A DNA stretch of 64,000 bases from Eledone cirrhosa (GCA_964016885.1 OZ024766.1:13950001-14014000), one strand, 5' to 3'; counted from the stretch's first letter, positions 1 to 14,015 are shown. The notes: generated by a model not told the origin, from the letters alone. Numbers and translations are program-made.

Positions 1-85
1 AACACCATATTGTTTCACTTTTTCAATATACTACTGATTTTTATATCAGTAGATTACTAAAAAATTGATTAACAATATTCCAAAC

Positions 86-1133
86 ATGTGTGTATTATCT
101 GATTATGTGTTGTATGTGGTCCTAGATGTATGTATTATCTGATTATGTGTTGTATGTGGTCCTAGATGTGTGTATTATCTGATTATGTGTTGTATGTGGT
201 CCTAGATGTGTGTATTATCTGATTATGTGTTGTATGTGGTCCTAGATGTGTGTATTATCTGATTATATGTTGTATGTGGTCCTAGATGTGTATATTATCT
301 GATTATGTGTTGTTTGTGGTCCTAGATATGTGTATTATCTGATTATGTGTTGTATGTGGTCCTAGATGTGTGTATTATCTGATTATGTGTTGTATGTGGT
401 CCTAGATGTGTGTATTATCTGATTATGTGTTGTATGTGGTCCTACATGTGTGTATTATCTGATTATGTGTTGTATGTGGTCCTAGATGTGTGTATTATCT
501 GATTATGTGTTGTATGTAGTCCTAGATGTGTGTATTATCTGATTATGTGTCGTATGTGGTCCTAGATGTGTGTATTATCTGATTATGTGTTGTATGTGGT
601 CCTAGATGTGTGTATTATCTGATTATGTGTTGTATGTGGTCCTAGATGTGTGTATTATCTGATTATGTGTTGTATGTGGTCCTAGATGTGTGTATTAGCT
701 GATTATGTGTTGTATGTGGTCCTAGATGTGTGTATTATCTGATTATGTGTTGTATGTGGTCCTAGATGTGTGTATTATCTGATTATGTGTTGTATGTGGT
801 CCTAGATGTGTGTATTATCTGATTATGTGTTGTTTGTGGTCCTAGATGTGTGTATTATCTGATTATGTGTTGTATGTGGTCCTAGATGTGTGTATTATCT
901 GATTATGTGTTGTATGTGGTCCTAGATGTGTGTATTATCTGATTATGTGTTGTATGTGGTCCTAGATGTGTGTATTATCTGATTATGTGTTGTATGTGGT
1001 CCTAGATGTGTGTATTATCTGATTATGTGTTGTATGTGGTCCTAGATGTGTGTATTATCTGATTATGTATTGTATGTGGTCCTAGATGTGTGTATTATCT
1101 GATTATGTGTTGTATGTGGTCCTAGATGTGTGT
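86..1133. repeat. 40-bp minisatellite, about 26 copies
   Basis: Unit atgtgtgtattatctgattatgtgttgtatgtggtcctag repeated head-to-tail with rare substitutions. Confidence 0.97.
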
Positions 1134-1298
1134 TCTACTCGCTTCTGTTTTTTTCTTTTCTTTTTTTTATTTGTAATATTATTTATACAATAGGGAATAA
1201 AATGGATCTACATAGTGTTAACTCGTTACGGTTGAGTCAATAATTTCAGACAAGATTCTAACTGTCTGCGCTCAAAGTGTCTTTGACCCAGTTGACTG

Positions 1299-1472
1299 GG
1301 TTTTTCCATTTTTAGGATCTCAATTACCGGTTAACGTCTCAATTACCGGACATGCCTGCACACCTGCTCACAGCTGCAGACAGCATACCTATAGTCTGAC
1401 CGCAGGTGTGCAGGCATGTCCGGTAATTGAGACGTTAACCGGTAATTGAGATCCTAAAATTTGGAAAAAACC
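1299..1472. repeat. Inverted repeat / foldback with about 70-bp arms and a 34-bp spacer
   Basis: ttttaggatctcaattaccggttaacgtctcaattaccggacatgcctgcacacctgc is mirrored exactly by gcaggtgtgcagg...agatcctaaaa; each arm has an internal direct repeat tctcaattaccgg. Confidence 0.9.
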
Positions 1473-1539
1473 AACGCCCCCCAACCCCCTCCCACACCTA
1501 CAACCCCCCCCCCCCTCCTAACGCGACCTTGCTCCAAAA

Positions 1540-1588
1540 CGCCCCCCGGGGGTGCATATGCCCCCCGTTGAGAAGCTTTGGTCTAGAA
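1540..1588. mobile_element. Possible terminus of a hAT (Charlie/Buster-like) non-autonomous element
   Basis: GC-rich ...ccccccgttgagaagctttg followed by gtctagaa resembles a hAT TIR plus a TA-centred 8-bp target; the partner end was not found. Confidence 0.3.
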
Positions 1589-1607
1589 TGTCCTCCACTT
1601 CCTCTTC

Positions 1608-3929
1608 CCACTACTGCTGCTACTACCATTACTACTACCACTACCATTACTACTACTACTACAACTACTACTACTACTACTGCTACCACTACTACTACCA
1701 CTACTACTACTACCACTACTGCTGCTACTACCATTACTACTACCACTACCATTACTACTACTACTACAACTACTACTACTACTACTGCTACCACTACTAC
1801 TACCACTACTACCACTACTGCTGCTACAACCATTACTACTACTACCACCACCACTACTGCTGCTACCACCATTACTACTACTACCACTACTACTACTGCT
1901 ACTACCACCATTACTACTACAAGTGCTACCACTACCACTACTACTGCTACTACCACCATCATTACTACTACTACTACTGCTATTACCACCACCACTATCA
2001 CTACCACTTCTACCACCACCACCACTACTACCACCACCACCACCATTACTACCACTACTGCTATTACCACTACCACCGCTATCACCACCACTACTACTAC
2101 TGCTACTACTACTACATCTACCACTACTACCAACACCACTACTACTACTACCACTACTACTACTACTACCAACACCACTTCTACTACTAACACCACTACT
2201 ACTACTAACACCACTACTACTACTACCACTACTAACACCACTACCACCATCGCTACCACTATCACCACTACAACCACTACTACTACTGCTACTACTACTA
2301 CATCTACCACTACTACCAACACCACTTCTACTACTAACACCACTACTACTACTACTACTAACACCACTACCAGCTAAACTACCCCCACCACCACTACTAC
2401 TACTAACACCAATACCACCATCGCTACCACTATCACCACTACAACTACTACTACTACCAACACAACTACTACCACTACTACTACTACTACTAACACCACT
2501 ACTACTACTAACACCACTTCTACTACCAACACCACTTCTACTACTAACACCACTTCTACTACTAACACCACTACTACTACTACTACCAACACCACTTCTA
2601 CTACTAACACCACTACTACTACTACTACTAACACCACTACCACCATCGCTACCACTATCACCACTACAATTACTACTACTACCAACACCATTACTACCAC
2701 TATCACCACTACAACTACTACTACTACCAACACAACTACTACCACTACTACTACTACTACTACTAACACCACTACCAGCTAAACTACCCCCACCACCACT
2801 ACTACTACTAACACCACTACCACCATCGCTACCACTATCACCACTACAACTACTACTACTACCAACACCATTACTACCACTATCACCACTACAACTACTA
2901 CTACTACCAACACAACTACCAACACAACTACTACCACCACTACTACTACTAACACCACTACCGGCTAAACTACCCCCACCACCACTACTACTACTAACAC
3001 CACTACCACTATCACCACCACTACCAGCTAAACTACCCCCACCACCACTACTACTACCACTTCTACCAATACTATTACTACTATAAATACTACTACCACC
3101 ACTACCAACACCATGCCCAGTGCTACCACCACCACCAGCTAAACTACCACACCCACCACCACTGCCACCACCACTACCACCACCACTGCCACCACCACTA
3201 CCATTATCACCACCACCACACCCACTACCATCACCACTGCCACCACCACTACCATTATCACCACCACCACACCCACTACCATCACCACCTTCTACCATTA
3301 TCACCACCACCACCTCCACTGCCACCACCATCACCACCACCACCACTACCATCACCACCACCACCACTGCCACCACCACTACCACCACCACCACCACACA
3401 ACCATCACCACTGCCACCACCACTACCATTATCACCACCACCACACCCACTACCATCACCACCTTCTACCATTATCACCACCACCACCTCCACTGCCACC
3501 ACCATCACCACCACCACCACTACCATCACCACCACCACCACTGCCACCACCACTATCACCACCACCTTCTACCATTATCACCACACCACCACTGCCACCA
3601 CCACTACCATTATCACCACCACCACACCACTATCAACTGCTACCACCTTCTACCTTTATCACCACCACCACACCCACAACCATCACCACTATCACCACCA
3701 CCAACACACCCACCACCATCACCACCTTTTACCATTATCACCACCACCACACCCACAACCACCACCTCCACTGCCACCAACACTACTATTATCACCACCA
3801 TCACCACCACCACCACCTCCACCACCACTATCACCACCACCACACCCACCACTATCACCACCACCTTCTACCATTACCACCACCACCACCACCACTGCCA
3901 CCACCACTACCACCACCACCACCTCCACC
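1608..3929. repeat. Degenerate (ACT/ACC)n trinucleotide tract with internal block duplications
   Basis: Continuous actactaccacc-type sequence drifting from ACT-rich to ACC-rich; it generates poly-T/V/S/P/Y ORFs in several frames. Confidence 0.95.
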
Positions 3930-3992
3930 AGAATTCTGTGTTTTGGTGTGTACTTCCCCACCATCTGTTTATGGAGGGAGAATATACTGACC

Positions 3993-4090
3993 AATCAAAA
4001 TCTTGTAAATTCCATATTATGTGAGATAATTATGTGAGAAAAAGCCTTCACCATGAAAATATAATAGTAATGTAAATGCTAAAGGGTTAA
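3993..4090. mobile_element. Partial copy of the piggyBac-like MITE
   Basis: Ends aatgctaaagggttaa; body resembles the right half of the element at 25322-25542. Confidence 0.65.
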
Positions 4091-4642
4091 TGCTATCGTT
4101 AATATTAATTATCATTAGAAAATAAAATTACAGATCAAAATTTATAAATTTAAAACTTCAAAAATCTAAAAATTTAAACATTTCAAATTTCAAAAATTAA
4201 AAGTCAGAAAACCATAGCTTTAAATTGTATTCTCCCTTTGCGGTTATTGGTCGGTATATTATCCCGCCATAAATGGGAGGTGGACACACACACACCCAAA
4301 CACAGAATTCTGCCGAACACCGAAGCTAGCAGTAAACAACAAATCTGTGGCTGAATTGAACTCTCTGTGACCGTATCATATTGCCAGCTAAGATGGTGGA
4401 GGACTGGTGGCTGGGGTGAATCACCTATGGTAGTAGTAATCTGGGTGGTGGTTAAGTGGTCAACTTCCCGCACCTCTGTGTCTACGCTGAGGTGTCGGGA
4501 AGTTCTGAACTTCACAAGGGAGCTGACAACCCCAGCAAAAACAATAATTTTTTTTTACTCCACTCCCTAGCACCCAGGACTGCCTCTGAAACGTAACATT
4601 TTACTCAATTTTGCTTAGTTTGGAACTGGTAAAATCTTTATA

Positions 4643-4692
<50 letters not shown>

Positions 4693-4693
<1 letters not shown>

Positions 4694-5170
4694 TAGCTGA
4701 ATTACCCGAGCCTTGCTGCATTTCACACATTTTTTTTGTAAGAAAATGATGATTGATTGATTAGTGATATAATTTATGGGGAAAAACTCTGCATTTCAAT
4801 ATTACTCAATGTAAAATGTAATGCATGAAAAATTGGAAAACATTATTTTTTGTAATATAACAAATCAAAATTAAATTATTAAATCTTATTCTTATTTTCT
4901 TTCTTGTAAATAGTTTTTTTCAAAATATCAATTCAAAGCTTTTGTGAATAGGCATCATATGTTGTCATTTAACTTTGGTTTAAATTTCATATAAATCGAA
5001 CAGAAACATTTTTCAGCAGGGGTTTTGAGCCTCTGGGGGACCCTTTGATTAAAATGAAATATACTTATCCAAGTACCCTGGTGAATGTAGTTTCAGAATA
5101 TATAAGGTTATGGGGTCTATCTCTAAAACCATAGGAGGAGTTCGTGAACAAACAAACAGGAATACAACTT
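4693..5170 (-). mobile_element. Putative non-autonomous Helitron-like element (copies at ~11801-12285 and ~19258-19742)
   Basis: Bounded by actag...acccgagccttgc (CTAG 3' end on minus) and by acaaacaaacag...tttatata at the other end; lies between TA tracts, as in invertebrate rolling-circle non-autonomous elements. Confidence 0.5.
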
Positions 5171-5192
5171 TATATATATATATATATATTTA

Positions 5193-5489
5193 TGAAGACA
5201 AACATAGAATATTCGAAAATATTCTGTATGTTTATAATAAACATTTTGAAGACCTAATCGCTATAGAATAGAATACGTCACGTATTACAATTTGAGATTC
5301 TCGATAAAAGCAAGGGAAGTAACCTACGCGTTTCATTCTTATTAGAAATCATCAGGATTACATATCCCTTGCTTTTATCGAGAATCTCAAATTGTAATAC
5401 GTGACGTATTCTATTCTATAGCGATTAGGTCTTCAAAATGTTTATTATAAACATACAGAATATTTTCGAATATTCTATGTTTGTCTTCA
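5193..5489. mobile_element. Foldback insert with 125-bp inverted arms; probable ultra-truncated Penelope-like insertion
   Basis: Arms 5193-5317 and 5365-5489 are reverse complements; the loop holds a hammerhead motif; flanked by (TA)n; absent from triplication copies 2 and 3. Confidence 0.8.
5319..5361 (-). ncRNA. Minimal type I hammerhead ribozyme motif
   Basis: Minus strand reads gtaatc CTGATGA tttctaataagaat GAAA cgcg TA ggttac: 6-bp stem I, intact core, stem II ttct/agaa, palindromic stem III acgcgt, GUA cleavage triplet. Confidence 0.8.
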
Positions 5490-5528
5490 CATATATATCG
5501 CTATTTCAGAGCATTAAATCCAAATATA

Positions 5529-5570
<42 letters not shown>

Positions 5571-5622
5571 TATTTATATATATATATATATATATATATA
5601 ATTATATTTATATATATATATA

Positions 5623-8212
5623 GGAAACAGAGGCCAACCTGGAGAAGAAAGATCTGGAAGCTGAAAGTCCCCTCAACCAGTAACAGATTTAAAGATATTT
5701 TACTCAACGCCTACGACAGTAAAGAAGAACAGATACAGACATTTAACGTAGAAGAGAACTGGAAGTTCCTAAAAAATAACTTACTAGAGGCGACGGATGA
5801 GGTTTGTGGCTGGAGTAAGACCTCAAGCAGGAGGAGAGTGACTTGGTGGTGGAACAATAAGGTAGATGAAGCAGTCAAGGCCAAGAGACAGGCATGGAAA
5901 GAATGGAAGAACGGGGGGAGCAGGGTACATTACATAGAGACCAAGAGGGAAGCTAGGCGACAAGTATACTTAGCTAGGAGGGAAGCAGAGGATAGAAAAT
6001 TCAAGCATGTTTTACAACGTGAGGACCAGAAACAGGAGGTATTCAAGATTGCGAGGCAGTGTGTCAGAGATAGTTGTGATGTCATTGGAGAGAAGTGTAT
6101 CCGGAATGATAAAGGTGAGCTTGCCCTCACAAGTGCTGAGAAGAAAGATGCATGGAAGAGTCATTATGATAGATTACTAAATGAGGAGAATGCATGGGAA
6201 GAAGAGACCCTACCCCATGTAGACCCTATAGAGTGACCAGCAGTACAAGTCAGCGGCAGCGTAGTAAGTAAGGCTATCAGAGATATGAAGATGGGGAAGG
6301 CAACCGGTCCATCGGGTATAGCTGCCGAGATGCTGAAGGCATCTGGGTCTGTAGGTCACACTATAACCACACGTATCGTTAACCAGGTAATACTAGAAGG
6401 GGCCATACCAAAAGATTGGTGCAGTAGCATCATTGTCAACTGCTACAAAGGTAAAGGCGATGCACTAGATAGAGGAAACTATAGAGGTATAAAGTTGATG
6501 GACCAGGTCATGAAAGTAACAGAAAGAGTTATAGCACAGCTGATTAGGGACCGGGTGAATATAGACGAGATGCAATTTGGGTTTGTACCAGGGAGAGGCA
6601 CCACTGATGCCCTCTTCCTTGTGAGGCAATTACAGGAAAAGTACCTAGCTAAAAGTAAGCCACTCTACTTGGCATTTGTCGACCTTGAGAAAGCCTTTGA
6701 CAGAGTTCCACGTGCGGTAATCTGGTGGGCTCTTAGAAAACTAGGAGTAGATGAATGGCTTGTGAAAGCGGTACAACCCATGTATAGGGGAGCAGTCAGC
6801 AAAGTTAGGATTAGCAATGAGTATAGCGAGGAATTTAGCGTACAGGTTGGGGTCCACCAGGGCTCTGTTCTTAGCCCTCTCCTGTTCATCATAGTCCTGC
6901 AGGCAATAACGGAGGAGTTTAAGACCGGATGCCCATGGGAACTCCTGTATGCTGATGACCTCGCACTCATAGCTGAATCTATGGTAGAACTAGAGAATAA
7001 ATTCCAAACCTGGAAGCAGGGACTAGAGAGAAAGGGCCTCAAAGTCAACATGACAAAGACTAAGGTCCTTGTAAGTAGACGAGAAAACAGAACCCAGATC
7101 CCCTCAGGGAAATGGCCTTGCTCAGTATGTAGGAAAGGTGTAGGTAGGAACTCCATTCTCTGCCCCAAATGCAAACAATGGGTACACAAGAGATGTAGCG
7201 GGATCTCAGGAAGCTTAATTAAGAATGTAGGATTCACATGCAGCAGCTGTGCTGAAACAGCAAGCAAACAGCCACAGGAAACAAGTACCACCAATCTCTG
7301 GGAGGGCCCTGTAGAAACAGTAGACAGCTTCTGCTACCTAGGTGACCGAATTAGCAACGGAGGTGGGTGCTCAGAAAGTACAATAACTAGGGTAAGAACG
7401 GGATGGAAGAAGTTTAGGGAACTACTACCACTGCTAGCTGCAAAAGGCTTCTCCCTCAGAATGAAAGGCAGACTGTATGATGCGTGTATCCGAACAGCGA
7501 TGTTGCATGGTAGTGAGACCTGGGCGCTGAAGGTGGAAGACTTACGTAGATTAGAGAGAAACGAAGCCTGCATGCTCCGATGGATGTGTAACGGTAATAT
7601 ACGTGAACGACAAAGCATAAAGGAATTGAGAGAGAGACTGAGCATAAGAGGAATCAAATGCTGCGTGCAGGAGAGGCGGTTACGCTGGTATGGACATGTG
7701 ATGTGTATGAAGGATGACAGCTGCATAAAAAGGTGCAGAGCACTAGAAGTTGATGGAAACCGCGGAGTGGGGAGACCCAAGATGACTTGGGATGAGGTGA
7801 TAAAAGCCGACCTTACCCAACTACACCTCTCAAAGACAATGACACACGACCGTGACTTCTGGCGTCACGCAGTAATACAGGGTACCCGACCTCCCATGGG
7901 TACATGCTGAAGCATATAAACAATATGCCCCCACTCCCCCCACCGCAAGGTGGTCGTGGAGGTGCCACGGCAAAAAAGCACCCAGCCCACACTGTAAAGT
8001 GGACGTGTAGGCGCCACGAAAAAGCACCCAGCACTCACTGTAAATGAGGTTGGTGTTAGGAAGGGCATCCAGCTGTAGAAATGAAGCCAGATAAGTTCCT
8101 GTATGAGCAAGGCATGGTCAGCCGACCAGACACTGCCCACAACAGGACAACCCGTCTAACCCATGCTAGCGTGGAAGAACGGACGTAAAACGGTGATGAT
8201 GATGATGATGAT
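5623..8212 (+). mobile_element. 5'-truncated RTE-clade LINE (reverse transcriptase plus PHD-like finger) with one in-frame stop
   Basis: ORFs 5838-6236 and 6285-7910 share a frame separated by TGA; RT motifs QFGF.PGRGTTDA, FVDLEKAFDRV, GVHQGSVLSPLLF, LLYADD; C-terminal RRLRWYGHV and GRPK.TW; (GAT)n tail; endonuclease absent. Confidence 0.95.
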
Positions 8213-8217
8213 ATATT

Positions 8218-8252
<35 letters not shown>

Positions 8253-8498
8253 ATATATATATCAATATGTATATCTATTTATATATATATATGAATATAT
8301 ATATATATATTTATATATATATATGAATATATATATATTTTTATATATATATAAATATATACTATGAAATATGAGTTCAAAACTCAGGCAGTCCTTTATC
8401 AAATATATTAATTTATATTAACTTGTATAAATATATATATATATTTTATATATATAAATATATTTATATATGTATATATATATATATATTTATATATG

Positions 8499-8532
<34 letters not shown>

Positions 8533-8533
8533 G

Positions 8534-8571
<38 letters not shown>

Positions 8572-8621
8572 CTCTATATATATGTATATATATATATATA
8601 GATTTATATATATATATATAG

Positions 8622-8701
<80 letters not shown>

Positions 8702-8903
8702 CCATATATTAGATTAGAGCAAAAATCCCGGGCACTCTATCTCAAAATTATTTTTGAAAAGCTTTAGAAATGCGCAACCGGTGAAAGCTTAAAACTAAAA
8801 CTGAATACTAATTAATACTTATTACTAATTTATACTTATTCCTAATTAAACTATTTTTCACTGGGAAACATTTGTTACCATTTTCTTTTCCTTTTTACTA
8901 ATA

Positions 8904-9030
<127 letters not shown>

Positions 9031-9033
9031 TTA

Positions 9034-9112
<79 letters not shown>

Positions 9113-9122
9113 TTATATATAT

Positions 9123-9720
9123 CATCATTCATCCTCATTTCTGTTTAATGTCAATTTTTCCCCGCTTGTATGGGTTAGATGGGTTTTCTACGGTGGGAGG
9201 CAAGTCTGGCTAGGGCTGGCCATGTGTTGGACCTTGCGCCAGCAAGGACTCTAAATTTGACTGAGTATTTTATAGCTGGATGTCCTTTCTAACATGAACC
9301 AGATTTAGAGTGTGGAATTGGAGGGCACCGCTATGAGACGCGACATATTTTCAGAGCCTGACCCATCACACAGTGGGAACCATAGTTTTGGAGTCCGGTA
9401 TTGGATGGCACCAATACGAGGAGCTTAACCCACCCCACAGCCTAGCCACATGTTTGGTGGCACCACTATGAGGAATGGCAGCCAGTTGGCCATGCAAAAC
9501 CCACATGTTACCAGAGTTTTAGGGCCCATCCCTCTCCAGGCAGATTTCTTCTAGAGACAGCAGATTTATTCCAGAGAAAGATAGAAAGTGAGAGAAAGGA
9601 AATGAGATGTAGAGGAAGAATCAACCCCAGTATTTGACTGGTACTTTTTTGTCGACCTTGAAAGGATGAAAGACTAAAGTTGACCCCTGCAGGATTTGAA
9701 ACCAGAGACCAGAATGAATA
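9123..9720 (-). mobile_element. Old RTE 3'-UTR remnant plus SINE fragment (repeated at ~14027 and ~21488)
   Basis: catcat...gtttaatgtc...cgcttgtatgggttagatggg and tagctggatgtcctttctaac match the reverse complement of the RTE 3' UTR; ctggtact...tcgacc..gaaaggatgaaag matches the SINE body. Confidence 0.6.
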
Positions 9721-10240
9721 CCATAAAGCATACATATATATAAAAATGTATATATACATATATATAACCAACATTAAATTAAGGGTGCCATAACCTCTCC
9801 AAAATATACTCCAAGATTCTAATGGATAGATCCAAGCATTTATAAGCATTCAATTAAAAATCGATTGACATATATATATATAAAATAAACATATCAAACA
9901 ATGACAGGGGATAACTTGTAAAGAGTGTAAGCACACATAGGTAGGTAGGGAACTAATTAAAATTTAACGAGAACATCAAATATAGAAACCTTTCAATAAT
10001 GATTAATCTCCTATATACATATATATCTACAATTATATAAAATAATATTTTCCTTGCTACCGAGAAATCACATATGACAAATTTTGAAGTGAATAAAATT
10101 GACATCTTACCTGTAGGACAACAATTTCTTCTATGACAGATTTCTTTAGACTTTTAATAATTAGTTGTCTGTAGTTTAAATTAAACTATCTGTCTCATAT
10201 ATATATTTCAGAAGAGGATGTAAATAATATTTTATATACA

Positions 10241-10366
10241 TACACACCCATATCAATTACGTTGATAATACAGCTTCTGTGAATGTTCACTCAGGTGTAA
10301 TGAATAAGATTACGTCATTCTAATTTTGCTTTGATAAACATTTAAATAGCTATATAGAAATACACT

Positions 10367-10436
<70 letters not shown>

Positions 10437-10539
10437 TGTGTGTGTGGTGTTCGTGTGTATAACAAAGTGTTATTGATTACACCTGACTGAACATACACAG
10501 AAGCTGTATTATCAATATCATAGAAACATGGGTGTGTAT
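10241..10539. repeat. Imperfect inverted repeat around a CA/TA/TG microsatellite (copies ~15144-15469 and ~22612-22951)
   Basis: acacccat...ttgataatacagcttctgtg..tgttca.tcaggtgtaat is mirrored by attacacctga.tgaaca..cacagaagctgtattatcaa...atgggtgt. Confidence 0.8.
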
Positions 10540-10924
10540 ATATATATACATATATTTATATACACCGTAGACAATAGAAACTTCTAGATTCTATATATAT
10601 ATATGTATATGTGCGTGTGTATGTATATATATATATATGCGTGCGTATGTATATATATACATACACACGCACATATGTATATATATATATGTATATATAT
10701 ATATTATATTATGTATATATATATATATATATATGTGTATGTAAGTGTGTATGTGTGTGGGCATGTGTCTGTTTTTATGTTTCTGCGGTTGTGTCTGTGT
10801 GTATATTTTATCAGTATCAGTAACTAGACTTTAGCCATGCTGGAGCAATGATTTCATATCGACCCAAGTTCCTATTATTTCAAAATCTGATAAATATTTT
10901 CCCAGTCATGCTTTTGTTGGCTAT

Positions 10925-11009
<85 letters not shown>

Positions 11010-11080
11010 GTTGTTGTGCTCATAATTGTTTAGGCATTAATATATGCTGGTTGGATGCCCTTCCTAACACCAGCACCATT

Positions 11081-11326
11081 TTACAGCATGGACTGGGTGG
11101 TTTTATTGTGCCACCAGCACTAGAGAGGTTGTCTTACAGGACTCAGGGGCCCTATCCACCCCACCATTTACAGCATGGACTGGGTGGTTTTATTGTGCCA
11201 CCAGCACTTGAGAGGTTATCTTACTGGACTCAGGGGCCCTATCCACCCCACCATTTTACCCCATGGACTGGGTGGTTTTATTGTGCCACCAGCACTTGAG
11301 AGGTTATCTTACTGGACTCAGGGCTC
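11081..11326. repeat. 88-bp minisatellite, about 3 copies
   Basis: Unit tacagcatggactgggtggttttattgtgccaccagcacttgagaggttgtcttactggactcaggggccctatccaccccaccattt. Confidence 0.9.
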
Positions 11327-11719
11327 TTCTTCACTCCATAGTTTAGCATGCTTTTTAATAACTGAATGCTACTACAACACACCGAAACACAGAATTCTGC
11401 CGAACACCGAAGCTAGCAGTAAACAACGAATCTGTGGCTGAATTGAACTCTCTGTGACCGTATCATATTGGCAGCTAAGATGGTGGGGGGCTGGTGGATG
11501 GGGTGAATCACCTATGGTAGTAGTAATCTGGGTGGTGGTTAAGGGTCAACTTCCCGCACCTCTGTGTCTACGCTGAGCTGTCGGGAAGTTCTGAACTTCA
11601 CAAGGGAGATGACAACCCCAGCAAAAACAATAATTTTTTTTACTCCAATCCCTAGCACCTAGGACTGCCTCTGAAACGTAACATTTTACTCAATTTTGCT
11701 TAGTTTTGATCTGGTAAAA

Positions 11720-11802
<83 letters not shown>

Positions 11803-12339
11803 TAGATGAATTACCCGAGCCTTGCTGCGTTTCACACATTTTTTTTGTTAGAAAATGATGATTGATTGATTAGTGATATAATTTATGGAGAAAAACTCTG
11901 CATTTCAATATTACTCAATGTAAAATGTAATGCATGTAAAATTGGAAAACATTATTTTTTGTAATATAACAAATCAAAATTACATTATTAAATCTTATTC
12001 ATATTTTCTTTCTTGTAAATAGTTTTTTTCAAAATATCAATTCAAAGCTTTTGTGAATAGGCATCATATGTTGTCATTTAACTTTGGTTTAAATTTCATA
12101 TAAATCGAACAGAAACATTTTTCAGCAGAGGGTTTGTGCCTCTGGGCAACCCTTTGATTAAAATGAAATATACTTATCCAAGTACCCTGGTGAATGTAGT
12201 TTCAGAATATATAAGGTTATGGGGGTCTATCTCTAAAACCATAGGAGGAGTTCGTGAACAAACAAACAAACAGGAATACAACTTTATACATATATATATA
12301 TATAATTATATTTATATATATATATATATATATATAAAT

Positions 12340-13040
12340 AGTAATATACGTGAACGACAAAGCATAAACGAACTAAGGAAGAAATTAGAAATAAGAGGGA
12401 TCAGATGTTGTTTACTAGAGAGAAGGCTACGTTGGTATGGTCACGTGATGCGCATGAAGGACGATAGCTGTATAACAAAGTGCAGGGCAATAAAGATAGA
12501 CGGTAGCCACGGAATAGGCAGACCCAGAAAAACCTGGGACGAGCTGATAAACTCCGACCTCACACAGTTACACCTCACCAAGACAATGTCACTGGACCGA
12601 GACCTTTGGCGGTACTCAGTAATAGAGAAGACCCGCCTTACCTAAATACAAAGTAAAACCTACTACAGTCAGTAGGCATCTCTAACAAAATACACCCCCG
12701 TCCCACCACCCCCACCCCATCCACACCGCCCCCTTCTATGTAAAGTTATGTTGGTGCCACACCATCCAGGCCGAAACAAATGAGATCGTGTAGGTGTCAC
12801 GACAAAAAAACACAGTCCACGCTGTAATGTGGCCGTGTAGGCAACACGGTAAAAACCTCCCAGACCCACACTGTAAATGTGGTTGGTGTTAGGAAGGGCA
12901 TCCAACTGTAGAAAACCTGCCAGACAGTCCTATGCGAGCAAGACAATCACTCTTGCCTTAAGTGGGACTACCCCCGTCCAAACCCATGCAAGCGTGGAAC
13001 ACGGACGTTAAACGATGATGATGATGATGATGATGATGAT
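12340..13040 (+). mobile_element. RTE LINE 3' fragment, second subfamily
   Basis: [30 protein letters not shown]...GRPRKTW, then 3' UTR and (GAT)n; clearly diverged from the copy at 5623. Confidence 0.92.
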
Positions 13041-13345
13041 ATATAATTATATTTATATATATATATTTATATATATATATGAATATATATATATATATTT
13101 ATATATATATATGAATATATATATATATTTATATATATATAAATATATACTATGAAATATGAGTTCAAAACTCAGGCAGTCCTTTATAAAATATATTAAT
13201 TTATATTAACTTGTATAAATATATATATATATTTTATATATATACATATATATATAAATATATTTATATATATTTTATATATATAAATATATTTATATAT
13301 ATATGCATATATATATATATTTATATATATAAATATATATATATT

Positions 13346-13389
<44 letters not shown>

Positions 13390-13432
13390 TATATAAATCT
13401 CTATATATATGTATATATATATATATATATAG

Positions 13433-13541
<109 letters not shown>

Positions 13542-13542
13542 C

Positions 13543-13574
<32 letters not shown>

Positions 13575-13776
13575 CCATATATTAGATTAGAGCAAAAATC
13601 CCGGGCACTCTATCTCAAAATTATTTTTGAAAAGCATTAGAAATGCGCAACCGGTGAAAGCTTAAAACTAAAACTGAATACTAATTAATACTTATTACTA
13701 ATTTATACTTATTCCTAATTAAACTATTTTTCACTGGGAAACATTTGTTACCATTTTCTTTTCCTTTTTACTAATA

Positions 13777-13873
<97 letters not shown>

Positions 13874-13877
13874 TTAT

Positions 13878-13949
<72 letters not shown>

Positions 13950-13955
13950 ATTTAT

Positions 13956-14015
<60 letters not shown>

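Noticed and set aside
86-1133. Regular 40-bp repeat as a CRISPR-like array
   Set aside because: No unique spacers; eukaryotic context; no cas genes
1498-4037. Long Thr/Val/Ser-Gly/Pro-Leu ORFs resembling a mucin
   Set aside because: They are open in several frames on both strands because of the trinucleotide tract; the Thr frame shifts repeatedly and no splice or domain context was seen
6948-6960. ctgatga motif
   Set aside because: It is the YADD coding sequence of the RT and has no hammerhead stems
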